Assembly: GCA_030390025.1 (NCBI GenBank)
Contig: JASTWF010000036.1
Span: 3,288,001 to 3,352,000 of the forward strand
Length of the DNA stretch: 64,000 bases
Origin: Squalus acanthias
Lineage: Eukaryota
Direction: 5' to 3'
The notes beneath the pieces were generated by a model. The model had not been told where the DNA came from and ran no database searches. It saw nothing but the letters and a program-made list of their open reading frames with translations. The translations under genes were made by a program, and so were the position numbers. Below, in pieces: positions 24,901 to 36,999 of this stretch (positions are counted from its first letter, which is position 1; the number at the start of each line of letters is the position of its first letter).

Positions 24901-24944
24901 CAACTGAAGCAAGAGTATGACCACAGTTGGAGTACCGTGTCGGA

Positions 24945-25700
24945 GGGATGTTGATGCAAAGAGAGGGTACGGTGCAGATTCACTAGGATGCTGCCTGGTG
25001 TGAGGAAATACAAATATGAAGAAAGACTTGGAAACAATTGGGGCTGTTTTCATTAGAACAGAGATTACTAGGTGATTTTTTAAAAATTCATTCACGGGAT
25101 GTGGGTGTCGCTGGCAAGTCCAGCATTTATTGCCCATCCCTAATTGCCCTTGAGAAAGTGGTGGTGAGCCGCCTTCTTGAACCGCTGCAGTCCGTGCGGT
25201 GAAGGTGCTCCCACAGTGCTGTTAGAGAGGGAGTTCCAGTATTTTGACCCAGCGACGATGAAGGAACGGCGATATAGTTCCATGTCAGGATGGTGTGTGA
25301 CATGGAGGGGAACTTGGAGGTGGTGGTGTTCCCATGCGCCTGTTGCCTTTGTTCTTCTAGGTGGTAGAGGTCATGGGTGAAAGGATGGGACAGAGTGGAT
25401 AGAAACAGACTGTTTCCAGTGGTTGAGGGGACCAGAATGAGGTGACAATGTAAGAGATTTAGGACAGAGAGCAGGAGAAACTTTTTCTTTTACACAGAGG
25501 GTTGAGAGGCTGTGGAATGCACTACCCGAATTAGTGATTGAAGCAGGGAGCATGTCGACATTTAAGAATAGGTTAGATAGGAGGCTGAAGGAAAAGGGGT
25601 ATAAAGGGATATGGAAACAGGGCAGGCACGTGGGATTAGGACTACGGATCAAGTGGAGGATTGGTTAGCCTCTTTCCATGTTGTAATTTCTATGTCATTC
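24945..25700. mobile_element. Old CR1 3' fragment (+) containing the 3' end of LINE family 2 (-, 25080-25377)
   Basis: CR1-like gcagattcactaggatgctgcctgg...ttttacacagagggttgagaggctgtggaatgc; the insert is the reverse complement of about 9690-9980. Confidence 0.8.
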
Positions 25701-26447
25701 AGCCACCTGAAATGCTCTACTCTCCTGCTCAAAGGGAACCATGTTAGGCTAAGAAAAGAGAAAAGGTGGGCAGATCATAATCAACGAAAGGCACCTTAGA
25801 TAAATAGCCACGGCAACAGAAGAAAGCTCTGTGGCCTTTGAAAATGAGTGAAGTGCTTATAATGGGAGCGGGTGAAGTTGAGAAAAAGAACCACAAATTA
25901 CTAAGTAATAGAAATATGCTGTAAATTGATACTGCCACTTAACGCAAATCGACTGGACTCAGTAAGTAATACTCCTGACCTCATGCTGCCACCTGGGTGA
26001 TGGGAGATTCTGATTGGTAAGGAATGACATCAGATCCCCTTTCATTAATCTGCGGATCTTTAACCCTTGCTGGCTCAGTCACCCGACAGCCAGCCCCAGG
26101 GCTCGGTGGAAACAGTTGAATTTGTGGAACGTGTGTTAAGATAGCTGCGTTCCAGGAGGCATTGGCCAAAAATACACGATCCAGCACGAGCCCTTTTTAG
26201 GTAAAGCTATGGCTGGAATACACAGCTGCTGCTTTTCTTTTTCCCCAGCAATCGGATTCTTTGTCATTTAAACAAAAATATTCTCCCCTCCTTGGCTGAC
26301 TGGCTCTGGCTCGGATACAGTTCAAAGGGTGCTGGCCACCTTCCAGCACCTGACCCGGGTGGCCAATCTGTGTGCGTCGGTGCCAATAAACCCAGTCAAC
26401 CGTGCAGATCTGCCCAGCTGAATCCAAGCGTTCTCCTGAGGTTGGGG

Positions 26448-26682
26448 TAAGGTCACCAACTCTGGCCATCGCTTGACCCTCCCACGTCCAGCTGCCCCGC
26501 CCGGTCAAACAGCCTCCCCCTCTGCAATATCTAACACCCAAAAGTGTTCAAAGAAAATGGGGAAAAAACCACACACACAATTCCCTGATGATTTTTCTCC
26601 TGGGTTGCGCGCAACAGTGCCCAGGAGATCCATCTTTAATTCCTGGAGACGCCAGGAGAATCCTGGAGGCTTGGCAATCCTT
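26448..26682 (-). mobile_element. hAT-Blackjack-like MITE (diverged)
   Basis: Ends taaggtcaccaac / ttggcaatcctt; homologous to 36227-36606. Confidence 0.65.
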
Positions 26683-27351
26683 GAACTTTCCAGCAGAGGT
26701 CACTGCACAGTGATCAAGACTGGGAACCCTGGCTGATTTGTGTTCGCTCCCTCGCCCGGGGGTACAGACAGCGATTGTAACTCCCCTCCTGTTCCTAGGT
26801 TGGGATCAGCTAAGTCAGCACGGGCCAAGATGCTTCTTCCCAGTCTGAACTTTGAACTCTGAACTGCTCAGTTTCAACGCTGGGCAGCCCACTGGCTAAC
26901 TGAGCCATCTAGTGAAGCCCGATAAGATCCACTTTCAAAGCAGCTCCATGAATCAGTAATCGGTTACTGCAGAGCTGCACCAACTGCATGGCTGGAATAG
27001 CTGAGATATGTAGAGATCTCTTTCCAAATTGGCCAATGTCGGAGAGAGTTCATGTCAATGCAAACACATTTAATGCAGATTGCATAGTCAAGAACTGGAT
27101 GTCGTATCAGCTGATGTGCCGTGTATATCCGCGCATGTACCAGAAACCCTGTCCCTGTCTAGGGCTAAAAGCCAGGAGGTCTTCTTATTCACAAATCCCA
27201 GGTTCCAGGCCACAATCTCATCACAGACATGGATCCGCTCCAGTTCACTGCTGTCAACTGTTGCTCTGCTCCCCGCCCCCAGCGCTGTGAGAGTAAAGTG
27301 GCAACTTTATCTCCCAGTCCCTGACTTCAGTCCAGGCCCCTCCTACCAGAC

Positions 27352-28400
27352 TAAAATCAGACACAGTCCAGCGGGGTAGGTACAGGGAGAGAGGATTTAA
27401 AATCAGACACAGTCCAGCAGGGTAGGTACAGAGAGAGGGGATTTAAAATCAGACACAGTCCAGCAGGGTAGGTACAGAGAGAGGGGATTTAAAATCAGAC
27501 ACAGTCCAGCAGGGTAGGTACAGAGAGAGGGGATTTAAAATCAGACACAGTCCAGCAGGGTAGGTACAGGGAGAGGGGATTTAAAATCAGACACAGTCCA
27601 GCGGGGTAGGGTACAGAGTTAAAATCAGACACAGTCCAGCAGGTAGGTACAGAGAGAGGATTTAAAATCAGACACAGTCCAGCGGGGTAGTACAGGGAGA
27701 GGGGATTTAAAATCAGACACAGTCCAGCAGGGTAGGTACAGGGAGAGGGGATTTAAAATCAGACACAGTCCAGCGGGTAGGTACAGGGAGAGGGGATTTA
27801 AAATCAGACACAGTCCAGCAGGGTAGGTACAGGGAGAGGATTTAAAATCAGACACAGTCCAGCGGGGTAGGTACAGAGAGAGGGGATTTAAAATCAGACA
27901 CAGTCCAGCGGGGTAGGTACAGAGAGAGGGGATTTAAAATCAGACACAGTCCAGCGGGGTAGGTACAGGGAGAGAGGATTTAAAATCAGACACAGTCCAG
28001 CAGGGTAGGTACAGGGAGAGGATTTAAAATCAGACACAGTCCAGCAGGGTAGGTACAGGGAGAGGATTTAAAATCAGACACAGTCCAGCGGGGTAGGTAC
28101 AGAGAGAGAGGGATTTAAAATCAGACACAGTCCAGCAGGGTAGGTACAGGGAGAGGATTTAAAATCAGACACAGTCCAGCAGGGTAGGTACAGAGAGAGG
28201 ATTTAAAATCAGACACAGTCCAGCAGGGTAGGTACAGAGAGAGAGGATTTAAAATCAGACACAGTCCAGCAGGGTAGGTACAGAGAGAGAGGATTTAAAA
28301 TCAGACACAGTCCAGCAGGGTAGGTACAGAGAGAGGATTTAAAATCAGACACAGTCCAGCAGGGTAGGTACAGGGAGAGGGGATTTAAAATCAGACACAG
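27352..28400. repeat. Minisatellite, ~44-48-bp unit, about 23 copies
   Basis: Unit aaatcagacacagtccagc(a/g)gggtaggtacag(a/g)gagag(g)ggattta; length variation lies mostly in the GA tract. Confidence 0.97.
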
Positions 28401-28697
28401 CGTGATAGGGGGGAGAGATTTACAGAGAGCCTGGACTGGAGTCTGGAGGGTCAGCTGGGGGAGTGGAGCAACAGAGGACAAGAACGAGCTGGTGAAATGA
28501 GGAAGAGCAGAGAGAAAATGTATTTGTGGACAGCGCAAATATTGGGGGAAGAAATTAACTTATTCTCAGGCCATCTTATACACAAATATATACAGTGTAG
28601 AAAAGCAAAATACTGCAGATGCTGGAAATCTGAAATATAAACAGAAAATTCTGGAAATGCTCAGCAGGCCAGGCAGCATCTGTGGAGAGAGAAACAG

Positions 28698-28734
28698 AGT
28701 TAACGTTTCAGGTCGATGACCCTTCGTCAGAACT
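28698..28734 (-). ncRNA. Minimal hammerhead ribozyme motif
   Basis: Minus strand agtt-CTGACGA-a-gggtc(atc)gacct-GAAA-cgt-t-aact; palindromic ACGT stem III. Confidence 0.8.
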
Positions 28735-29070
28735 GGAAAAAGTTAGAGATGTTACAGGTTTTAAGCAGGTACAGGGGCAGAGAAAAGGGTGGGCGGGGTG
28801 GAGGAAAGAACAAACGGGAAGGTCTGTGACAGGGTGGAAGGCAGGAGAGATTAAAAAACATCCAGTTCTGACAAAAGGTCATCGACCTGAAACATTATGG
28901 GGAGAGAGCGGGAATATGGTATTGAGATAGAGGATCAGCCATGATCATATTGAATGGCGGAGCAGGCTCGAAGGGCTAAATGGCCTACTCCTGCTCCTAT
29001 TTCTCTATGTTTTCTATGTTTCTATGTTAACTCTGTTTCTCGCTCCACTGATGCTGCCTGACCTGCTGAG

Positions 29071-29226
29071 CACTGTTCCCTCTGACATTTTTTTGGGCCA
29101 GCGCGGCCTCTTTAACGGGCAGCACGGGCCATTCAAAATTCCACGCACGCGCGGTTTCTCTATTTAAAAGCCGCCGCACCGGCTGCGCGGAACCTGCAGA
29201 GCGCTGCCCGGCCGAAGGGAACGTTG
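29071..29226. mobile_element. Short hAT-type MITE
   Basis: Imperfect TIRs cactgttccct / agggaacgttg; 8-bp TSD ctgctgag / ctgctcag (one mismatch). Confidence 0.72.
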
Positions 29227-29532
29227 CTGCTCAGTATTTCCAGCATGTTCTGTTTTTATACAGTGTAGAATTCTGCTGTCAAACACAAAGAGGACAAATG
29301 GATCCAGAGTGATTTCTAATTCTGGCTGGCCAACCCGATGTCTCACTGGGCGCGTCAGTTTGATTTGTGTTCAATGCAGTCTGCCTCCTGCTCTGTGATC
29401 AGTGAACAGTTTTCCATTTAATATTCCCCTTGATGGGGACGGTGTTTAATGCGGGGGCCCATTGTGCACTGAGTCATCAGTCTCGTTATCTTCTTCCCAA
29501 AGTGAACGTGGCACCAGCGTTGCAGCAATATT

Positions 29533-30099
29533 CTCCGCTCCACTCCCACTCAGACCTTACTGTCCTCGGCCTCTTACACTGTTCCAATGAAGCTCAACGT
29601 AAGCTCGAGGAACAGCACCTCATCTTTCGATTAGGCACTTTACAGCCTTCTGGACTCAACATCGAATTCAACAATTTCAGACCATAACCTCTGCCCCTAT
29701 CTCTTTTTTCCCCATTTCTTTTCTCTCTCCCACGTGGCAGCTGTCTTTCATTCTACCAGTGCCATTTACACTTCATCTCGAGCCATCTTTTGTTTCTTAA
29801 CTTGTCCCATTACCATCTCCTTTTGCCTCGCACCATCATCCCTTTTGTCATTTAACCTCTCCTGCATTCCACCCTATCACAGACCTTCCCTTTTGTTCTT
29901 TCCTCTCCTCCCCCCTTTCCCTGCCCCCGTACTTGCTTAAAAACCTGTTCCATCTCCAGCTTTTTCCAGTTCTGACGAAAGGTCATCGCCCTGAAACATT
30001 AACTCTGTTTCTCTCTCTACAGATGCTGCCTGACCTGCTGAGTGTTTCCAGCATTCTTTGTTTTTATTTCAGATTTCCAGCATCCGCAGTATTTTGCTT
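29533..30099 (+). mobile_element. 5'-truncated Penelope-like element: GIY-YIG C-terminus plus pseudo-LTR, 13-bp TSD
   Basis: HSHSDLTVLGLLHCSNEAQRKLEEQHLIFRLGTLQPSGLNIEFNNFRP*; TSD ttgcagcaatatt at 29520-29532 and 30100-30112. Confidence 0.9.
29968..30004 (+). ncRNA. Minimal hammerhead ribozyme motif (slightly degenerate)
   Basis: agtt-CTGACGA-a-aggtc(atc)gccct-GAAA-cat-t-aact; stems II and III each carry one substitution. Confidence 0.65.
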
Positions 30100-30430
30100 T
30101 TGCAGCAATATTGCTGGGTGACCACAACAGGATCGCAGCGAGGTATTAAAGATTCTCTGCTTCAAGCTGCCCACCCTGTCCCTCACACCATCTGCAACAG
30201 TGACTGACGGAGGCTGTAAATCTAAATTGCTTCAATTAATAAAAATATTGATGCGTTACATGAATAGAAATCAAGCTGATGGGGGTGGAAGAGAAGTGCA
30301 ACGCTCCATTGCACTGTGCCGTAGATTGGTCCGGTCTGGTGGAGATTCATGCCCAACTCCACAGAGGGTGAGTTGCCGATCTCTACTCCTATGAAGGACA
30401 ACAGTATATTGCTTCTGACTAAAATAGAGA

Positions 30431-30630
30431 GGGGGTGGAATTGGACAAGGTGGGGGGTGGGGGGGGGGCTGCAAAATAGGCGGGATCGCATTTGCCGACT
30501 ATTATATGGCACACCCAATATTCAGTTCTAGTGGAAGTCAATGGAACTGACTTATGGGGCGGGGCGTTTAACGAGTGACCGATGCCATGCTGCCTGTTTT
30601 GCAGCCCCGCCCACTTCCATTTTCGTCCCC
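30431..30630. mobile_element. Short imperfectly palindromic MITE-like element
   Basis: ggggctgcaaaataggcgg / ctgcctgttttgcagcccc inverted arms; ends gggggtggaattgg / ccattttcgtcccc. Confidence 0.5.
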
Positions 30631-30761
30631 ATAGATTGTGCGTTGCCGTTGGTTGCAGTACTTGTCTCAGCTGCGCGCTCCGAGCTCATACCCTATTCTT
30701 GCTGTCTCAATCCCCCCGTGAACGCCAGAAAATATGGAGCTGAATACAGTAAAGATAATGA

Positions 30762-31172
30762 GAAAGGAAGAACTGGCATTTCTACAGCGCCTTTCAGGAC
30801 CTCAGGATGTCCCAAAGCGCTTTACAGTCAATGAAGCACTTTTTGGAGTGTAGTCACTGTTGTAATGTAGGAAACGCGGCAGCCAATTTGCACACAGCAA
30901 GATCCCACAAGCAGCAATGTGATAATGACCAGATAATCTGTTTATGTTATGTTGATTGAGGGATAAATATTGGCCCAAGACACCGGGGAGAACTCCACTG
31001 CTCTTCTTCGAAATAGTGCCATGGGATCTTTTACGTCCACCTGAGAGAGCAGACGGGGCCTCGGTTTAACATCTCATCCGAAAGACGGCACCTCCGACAG
31101 TGCGGCACTCCCTCAGCACGGCACTGGAGTGTCAGCCCAGATTAGGTGCTAAAGTCTCTGGAGTGGGACTTG
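30762..31172 (-). mobile_element. Deu-domain SINE
   Basis: Near-identical to 4825-5230. Confidence 0.87.
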
Positions 31173-31689
31173 TCCAGAATGAGATGGATGTGTCCTCTAC
31201 GACATCACGATGTTAAGCCGAGGCGCCAAGCGGAGATCAGGGAGAAGGTCAAACCAGGCTGCTCCTTCTGCGACTCACAGCAACTGGTGAGAGAAGGGCA
31301 CCCACAGAAGTTTGGGAGCATGTTGCCTGCCCACTTTCTCCGTAAGGATCATCAAGAGGGAAAAGGAAGGCAATAAAAAAAAAGTATCATTTGAGAACAT
31401 TTAAATGGGGCCGGTGGTGGGGACGGGGGAGGTAATGCATTTGGCTGCTGCAAAGTTAATTCTGACAAGTATGTGAAAGCCAACATTTAGGCAGTCAGTG
31501 TGCAAGGAGGCAATTCGTGCGTGTGTCACTTGCTTTACAGGAACAGGGGTTCTTTTGAAATGAAGCAAAGCTTGGCAAGCCCCTCCCCCTCCCAGCTCAG
31601 TCAACACCGTGTTCAAATGATGCTTTTAAAAACGGACGAAATACTTCCCCGCCAGCACAGCAGGTTTCTCTGATGGAAAGCTGAGCCTT

Positions 31690-31950
31690 ACAGGGCAGGA
31701 AGATCCCAGGGTCTGCACTGAATCAGCTGGTCGCAGTTTGGGCCGCTCCAGCAGTACTACAATTGGCCTCAGTGCCCGTGGACTCGGACAAAAACATCGG
31801 CGATGTTCCTGCTCCCGATCGCTATCCAGTGACCCTTGCTGGAAGCGCACGTATGCCAAGCAAGGACAGCACTTTGCTTGGCTGAGGCAAATAGCCTGGC
31901 AACACTCACTCATGAACAAAAGGCCATTTGAACAGGGTGCTGGAAGACCA
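31690..31950 (+). mobile_element. SINE-like family B
   Basis: cgatcgctatccagtgacccttgctggaag block shared with other copies. Confidence 0.55.
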
Positions 31951-32203
31951 GGGGACAGGCCCCCAAGAGACAGCCATTGCCTCCAGGAGAGGAGGGGAGA
32001 AAATTGGTGAGAAAAGAGCGAGGGGGAAAACCTGACTAAACCTTTAATTCTATTTTAAGTATAGACTGGAGCTGAATGAGCACTTTGTTCAGCTTCCAGT
32101 CACTAGTACAAATACTGTGACGTTCTCAACAGTTGAACGGTTGGGAAATCTTGGCAACACAAGCTAGACCAGTGATTTTCAAACTTTTCTGTGTTATCAT
32201 ATG

Positions 32204-34120
32204 CCCGGAGACCCCCTGTAAATACTGACACACTCCCGGGGACCCCCTGTAAATACTGACACACTCCCGGGGACCCCCTGTAAATACTGACGCACTCCCG
32301 GAGACCCCCGGTAAATACTGACACACTCCCGGAGACCCCCGGTAAATACTGACACATTCCCGGGGACCCCCCTGTAAATACTGACACACTCCCGGGGACC
32401 CCCTGTAAATACTGACACACTCCTGGGGACCCTCTGTAAATTCTGACACACTCCCGGGGACCCCTGTAAATACTGACACACGCCCGGAGACCCCCCTGTA
32501 AATACTGACACACTCCCGGGGACCCCCTGTAAATACTGACACACTCCCGGGGACCCCCTGTAAATACTGACACACTCCCGGAGACCCCCTGTAAATACTG
32601 ACACACTCCCGGAGAACCCCCTGTAAATACTGACACACTCCCGGAGACCCCCGGTAAATACTGACACATTCCCGGGGACCCCCCTGTAAATACTGACACA
32701 CTCCCGGGGACCCCCTGTAAATACTGACACACTCCTGGGGACCCTCTGTAAATACTGACACACTCCCGGGGACCCCCTGTAAATACTGACACACTCCCGG
32801 AGATCCCCTGTAAATACTGACACACTCCTGGGGACCCCCTGTAAATACTGACACACTCCCGGGGACCCCCTGTAAATACTAACACACTCCCGGGGACCCC
32901 CTGTAAATACTGACACACTCCCGGGGACCCCCTGTAAATACTGACACATTCCCGGAGACCCCCCTGTAAATACTGACACATTCCCGGGGACCCCCTGTAA
33001 ATACTGACACATTCCCGGGGACCCCCTGTAAATACTGACACACTCCCGGGGACCCCCTGTAAATACTGACACACTCCCGGAGACCCCCGGTAAATACTGA
33101 CACACTCCCGGGGACCCCCTATAAATATTGACACACTCCCGGGGACCCCCTGTAAATACTGACATACTCCCGGGGACTCCCTGTAAATACTGACACACTC
33201 CCGGGGACCCCCTGTGAATACTGACACACTCCCGGGGACCCCCTGTAAATACTGACACACTCCTGTGGACCCCCTGTAAATACTGACACACTCCCGGGGA
33301 CACCCTGTAAATACTGACACACTCCCGGGGACCCCCTGTGAATACTGACACACTCCCGGGGACCCCCTGTAAATACTGACACACTCCCAGGGACCCCCTG
33401 TAAATACTGACACACTCCCAGAGACCCCCGGTAAATACTGACACACTCCCGGAGACCCCCTGTAAATACTGACACACTCCCGGGGACCCCCTGTAAATAC
33501 TGACACACTCCCAGGGACCCCCTGTAAATACTGACACACTCCCGGGGACCCCCTGTAAATACTGACACACTCCCGGGGACCCCCTGTAAATACTCACACA
33601 CTCCCCGGGACACCCTGTAAATACTGACACACTCCCGGGGACCCCCTGTGAATACTGACACACTCCCGGGGACCCCCTGTAAATACTGACACACTCCCGG
33701 GGTCCCCCTGTAAATACTGACACACTCCCGGGGACCCCCTGTAAATACTGACACACTCCCGGGGACCCCCTGTGAATACTAACACACTCCCGGGGACCCC
33801 CTGTAAATACTGACACACTCCCGGGGACCCCCTGTGAATACTGACACACTCCCGGGGACCCCCTGTAAATACTGACACACTCCCGGGGACCCCCTGTGAA
33901 TACTGACACACTCCCGGGGACCCCCTGTAAATACTGACACACTCCTGGGGACCCCCTGTAAATACTGACACACTCCCGGGGACCCCCTGTAAATACTGAC
34001 ACACTCCCGGGGACCCCCTGTAAATACTGACACACTCCCAGAGACCCACTGTAAATACTGACACACTCCCGGGGACACCCTGTAAATACTGACACACTCC
34101 CAGAGACCCCCTGTAAATAC
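32204..34120. repeat. Minisatellite, 31-bp unit, about 62 copies
   Basis: Unit cccggggaccccctgtaaatactgacacact. The 31-aa periodicity of the spurious ORFs equals 3 x 31 nt. Confidence 0.98.
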
Positions 34121-35660
34121 CCCCTCGAGCCTGTTCCGCCATTCAATGAGATCGTGCCTGATCTGTGTCCTAACTCCATCCACCTGCCTTGGCTCCATAT
34201 CCCTTAATACCCTTGTCTAGCAAAAAACTATCGATCTCAGATTTAAAATCATTAATTGAGCTAGCGTCTACTGCTTTTTGTAGGCGAGAGTTCCACACTT
34301 CTACCATCCTTTGTTAGAAGAAATGTTTCCTAACTTCTCTCCTGAATGGCCTGGCTCTGATTTAAAACTAATGGGGGAAAAATTCAGTTAGTTGCGCCTC
34401 CCGTTAGCGCCTTAAGAGGGCCTAATGGGGCGCATAGCAACTAGCGCCCGGGCGCGGCGATGTTTGCGCCGCTCGCGAAATTAACTAGACATTTTGCGGC
34501 GGCGCTAAACAGTACTGCCACGATCTCCTGCGCCCGCGGATCGTGACGTCAGTCGAGTGCGCAACGCCCCGGTAGCGCCCCGGAGCGGATATTGAGTGGC
34601 GCACCCTGCCTTACCGCCTGCCGCTAGCAACGACAGGTTGAGGGGAGCGTTTTGCAGTCAGGAAGGGACTGGGTGGGCGCTATTTAAAGGCGACCGCTTC
34701 CTGCCTTTTATTGTTGGTGACATTTTGAACCACGCATTCTGAGAGCGAGTAAGAGAGACTTCTGGAGAGATTCAACGTTGTGTGAAGGAGTTTTGGTACT
34801 GAGCAGCACTTTGCAGGTTCATTTTGATTTGCCCTTCCTTGTATCGATTTAGCAGAGACTGTGGGGGCTGCACTCTGAGCTCTTTCCCTGGTACTCTCCA
34901 TTGTTCTTTCCAGAAAATTTGATGTACAGGTCTCTCCAGGCCGAGATTCAAGGCTGCAATGAGCAGGATGTGGATGGAAAGCAAGATCAACCCTTCCCTT
35001 TAAGAACTGGCCGGCGCCATTGTGTGTGTGTTCCATTGCTGACTGACATTACATGAGCTTCGCCAGCGCTCTGAGGTAGCGCCTCGCTCCTCGGCCTTTG
35101 CGCCTTAAGACAGGTGTGAAGCGCCTGATTTAGCGCTCCAATCACCTCCAGGGGCGATAAAAGTCAAGTTTGCAGTCGGAGGCGATAATTAGCGCCAGGC
35201 GCTAATCTTTGCGCCCGGCCGATAATTGCACCCCAAATGGGGCGATACTGAATTTCTCCCCCAATGTCTCCTTGTCCTAGACTCCCCCACCAGTGAAAAA
35301 TATATTGCTGGAAATATATCGCCGTTCCTTCATCGTCGCTGGGTCAAAATCCTGGAACTCCCTCCCTAACAGCACTGTGGGAGTACTTTCACCACACGGA
35401 CTGCAGCGGTTCAAGAAGGCGGCTCACCACCACCTTCTCGAGGGCAATTAGAGATGGGCAATAAATGCTGGCCTTGCCAGTGATGCCCATATCCTGTGAA
35501 TGAATAAAAAATAAGTTTCTGTCTCTCTCTCAATTCCTCTCAAAATCTTAAAAACCTCAATCAAATCACCCCTTAACCTTCTGCATTCCAGGGAATACAA
35601 GCCTAGTTTACGTAATTTCTCCTCATAATCTAAACCTTGGAGCCCTAGTAATGCTGCCTG
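34121..35660 (-). mobile_element. CR1 3' fragment interrupted by a family-B element and a LINE-family-2 tail (35311-35513)
   Basis: Colinear with 23497-24085 once the inserts are removed. Confidence 0.8.
34373..35262. mobile_element. Non-autonomous PIF/Harbinger-like DNA transposon, family B copy 2
   Basis: TIR gggggaaaaattcagt / actgaatttctccccc; TSD AAT (34370-34372 and 35263-35265); highly similar to 21921-22814. Confidence 0.87.
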
Positions 35661-35708
35661 AATGTTGAGTTAGAAGGTTGGGGTCTTTCCCCCTGGTCCC
35701 TATCAGCT

Positions 35709-36105
35709 ATTTAGAAGAGTTTAGAAGAATGAAAGGTGATCTCATTGAAACGTATAAATATCTTAGTGGGCATGACAGGGTAGATGCTGAGAGGTTGTTT
35801 CCCCTGGCTGGAGAGCCTAGAATTAGGGGTCATAGTCTCAGGATAAGGGGTCAACCATTTAGGACTGAGATGAGGAGAAATTTCCTCACTCACAGGGTGT
35901 GAATCGTTAGAATTCTCTACTCCAGAGAGCGCTCAGTTGTTGAGTATATTCAATATTGAAATTGATAGATTTTTGGGTGTTAAGGGAGTCAATGGGGATC
36001 GGGCGGGAAAGTGGAATTGCGGTAGAAGATCAGCCATGATCTTATTGAATGGCGGAGCAGGCTTGAGGGGCCGAATGGCCGACTCCTGCTCCTAATTCTT
36101 ATGTT
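35709..36105 (+). mobile_element. CR1 3' fragment
   Basis: EFRRMKGDLIETYK...FPLAGEPRIRGHSLRIRG plus 3' UTR. Confidence 0.88.
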
Positions 36106-36226
36106 ATCAGTGCTGTTTTGTGTCTGGCCAGCAAAAAAGTGTCCACTTGCAGAACCAGAGTGGTCAGGCTGTTCCTTCCTCTCCTCCTACCCCACTGCAT
36201 GAACCAAGAGTGCTGCGCTGCTGGGA

Positions 36227-36606
36227 TAGGGTTTGCCAACCCTCCAGGATTGCCCCGGAGTTTCCAGGAATTGAAGACTAATCTCCAGGACACTGCTGGG
36301 AGCGACCCTGGAGAAAAATCATCAGGGGCTTTAAAAAATGGTGCTTTTCATAAAAATATTTCTTTGAACACTTCGTTCTAAAAATATTGGAGATGGGGAA
36401 AAAAGGCTGTTTAACTGACAGTCAAGAATCACCCAATTGGGTAATGAAGAGTCTGTTCGCTTTCTAATTGGTGTAGGAAGGCTGGGAGCTGGGAGGATGG
36501 ACATGTTGGGCGACCAATGGCGGGAGTCTGGGGGCGGGGCAGTTGGAGGCAGGAGGTCATGTGATGAAACCTCCAGGAATATGACCAACCAGAGTTGGTG
36601 ACCCTA
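36227..36606 (+). mobile_element. hAT-Blackjack-like MITE
   Basis: TIRs tagggtttgccaac / gttggtgacccta (TAGGGTGACCA type); perfect 8-bp TSD tgctggga (36219-36226 and 36607-36614). Confidence 0.85.
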
Positions 36607-36999
36607 TGCTGGGAAGTGGTCTATTCAATAGGATAGCTGCCACCCTGCAAAATTCAACCCAGCGAACAGAGGTTCAAATACTGGCCAAGGACGAGGTGTG
36701 AACTCGTGACCCTCTGGCTATTTTGGGAGTCCCAACACGATCGGTAAGGCTAGCAGTACAGACAATATTCTCAAAGCAGCTGTTAGAGCAGAATCCGGTC
36801 CAGTGGAGCCCCAGCCCCGGTCAGAAAGGGTTAACTATGTGTTGCAACGTTTCCACTGCATCATATTGTGAATTATCACCGGCACAATATACTGTATCCA
36901 TAACGAAATCGGAGGCTATTCACTGATCTCGAGCTATTTGAATGCTTGGGGAGTCCGATTACCCCAGACTTCCAGTCTGTGTGTGTAAATAGACTGTTG

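Larger units (their letters stand above)
28603..29256. mobile_element. Mini Penelope-like insertion (second family): inverted pseudo-LTR pair with 14-bp TSD; right arm twice interrupted
   Basis: TSD tatacagtgtagaa at 28589-28602 and 29257-29270. The left arm is the reverse complement of the pLTR at about 29840-30099. The right arm starts at 28861 and holds a CR1 tail (about 28897-29025) and a hAT MITE (29071-29226). Confidence 0.85.

Noticed and set aside
27352..28400. CRISPR-like appearance
   Set aside because: No unique spacers and no cas genes; vertebrate context. The same applies to the other two arrays.
32103..34198. Long ORFs up to 660 aa
   Set aside because: They are translations of the 31-bp minisatellite; the same peptide cycles through all frames.
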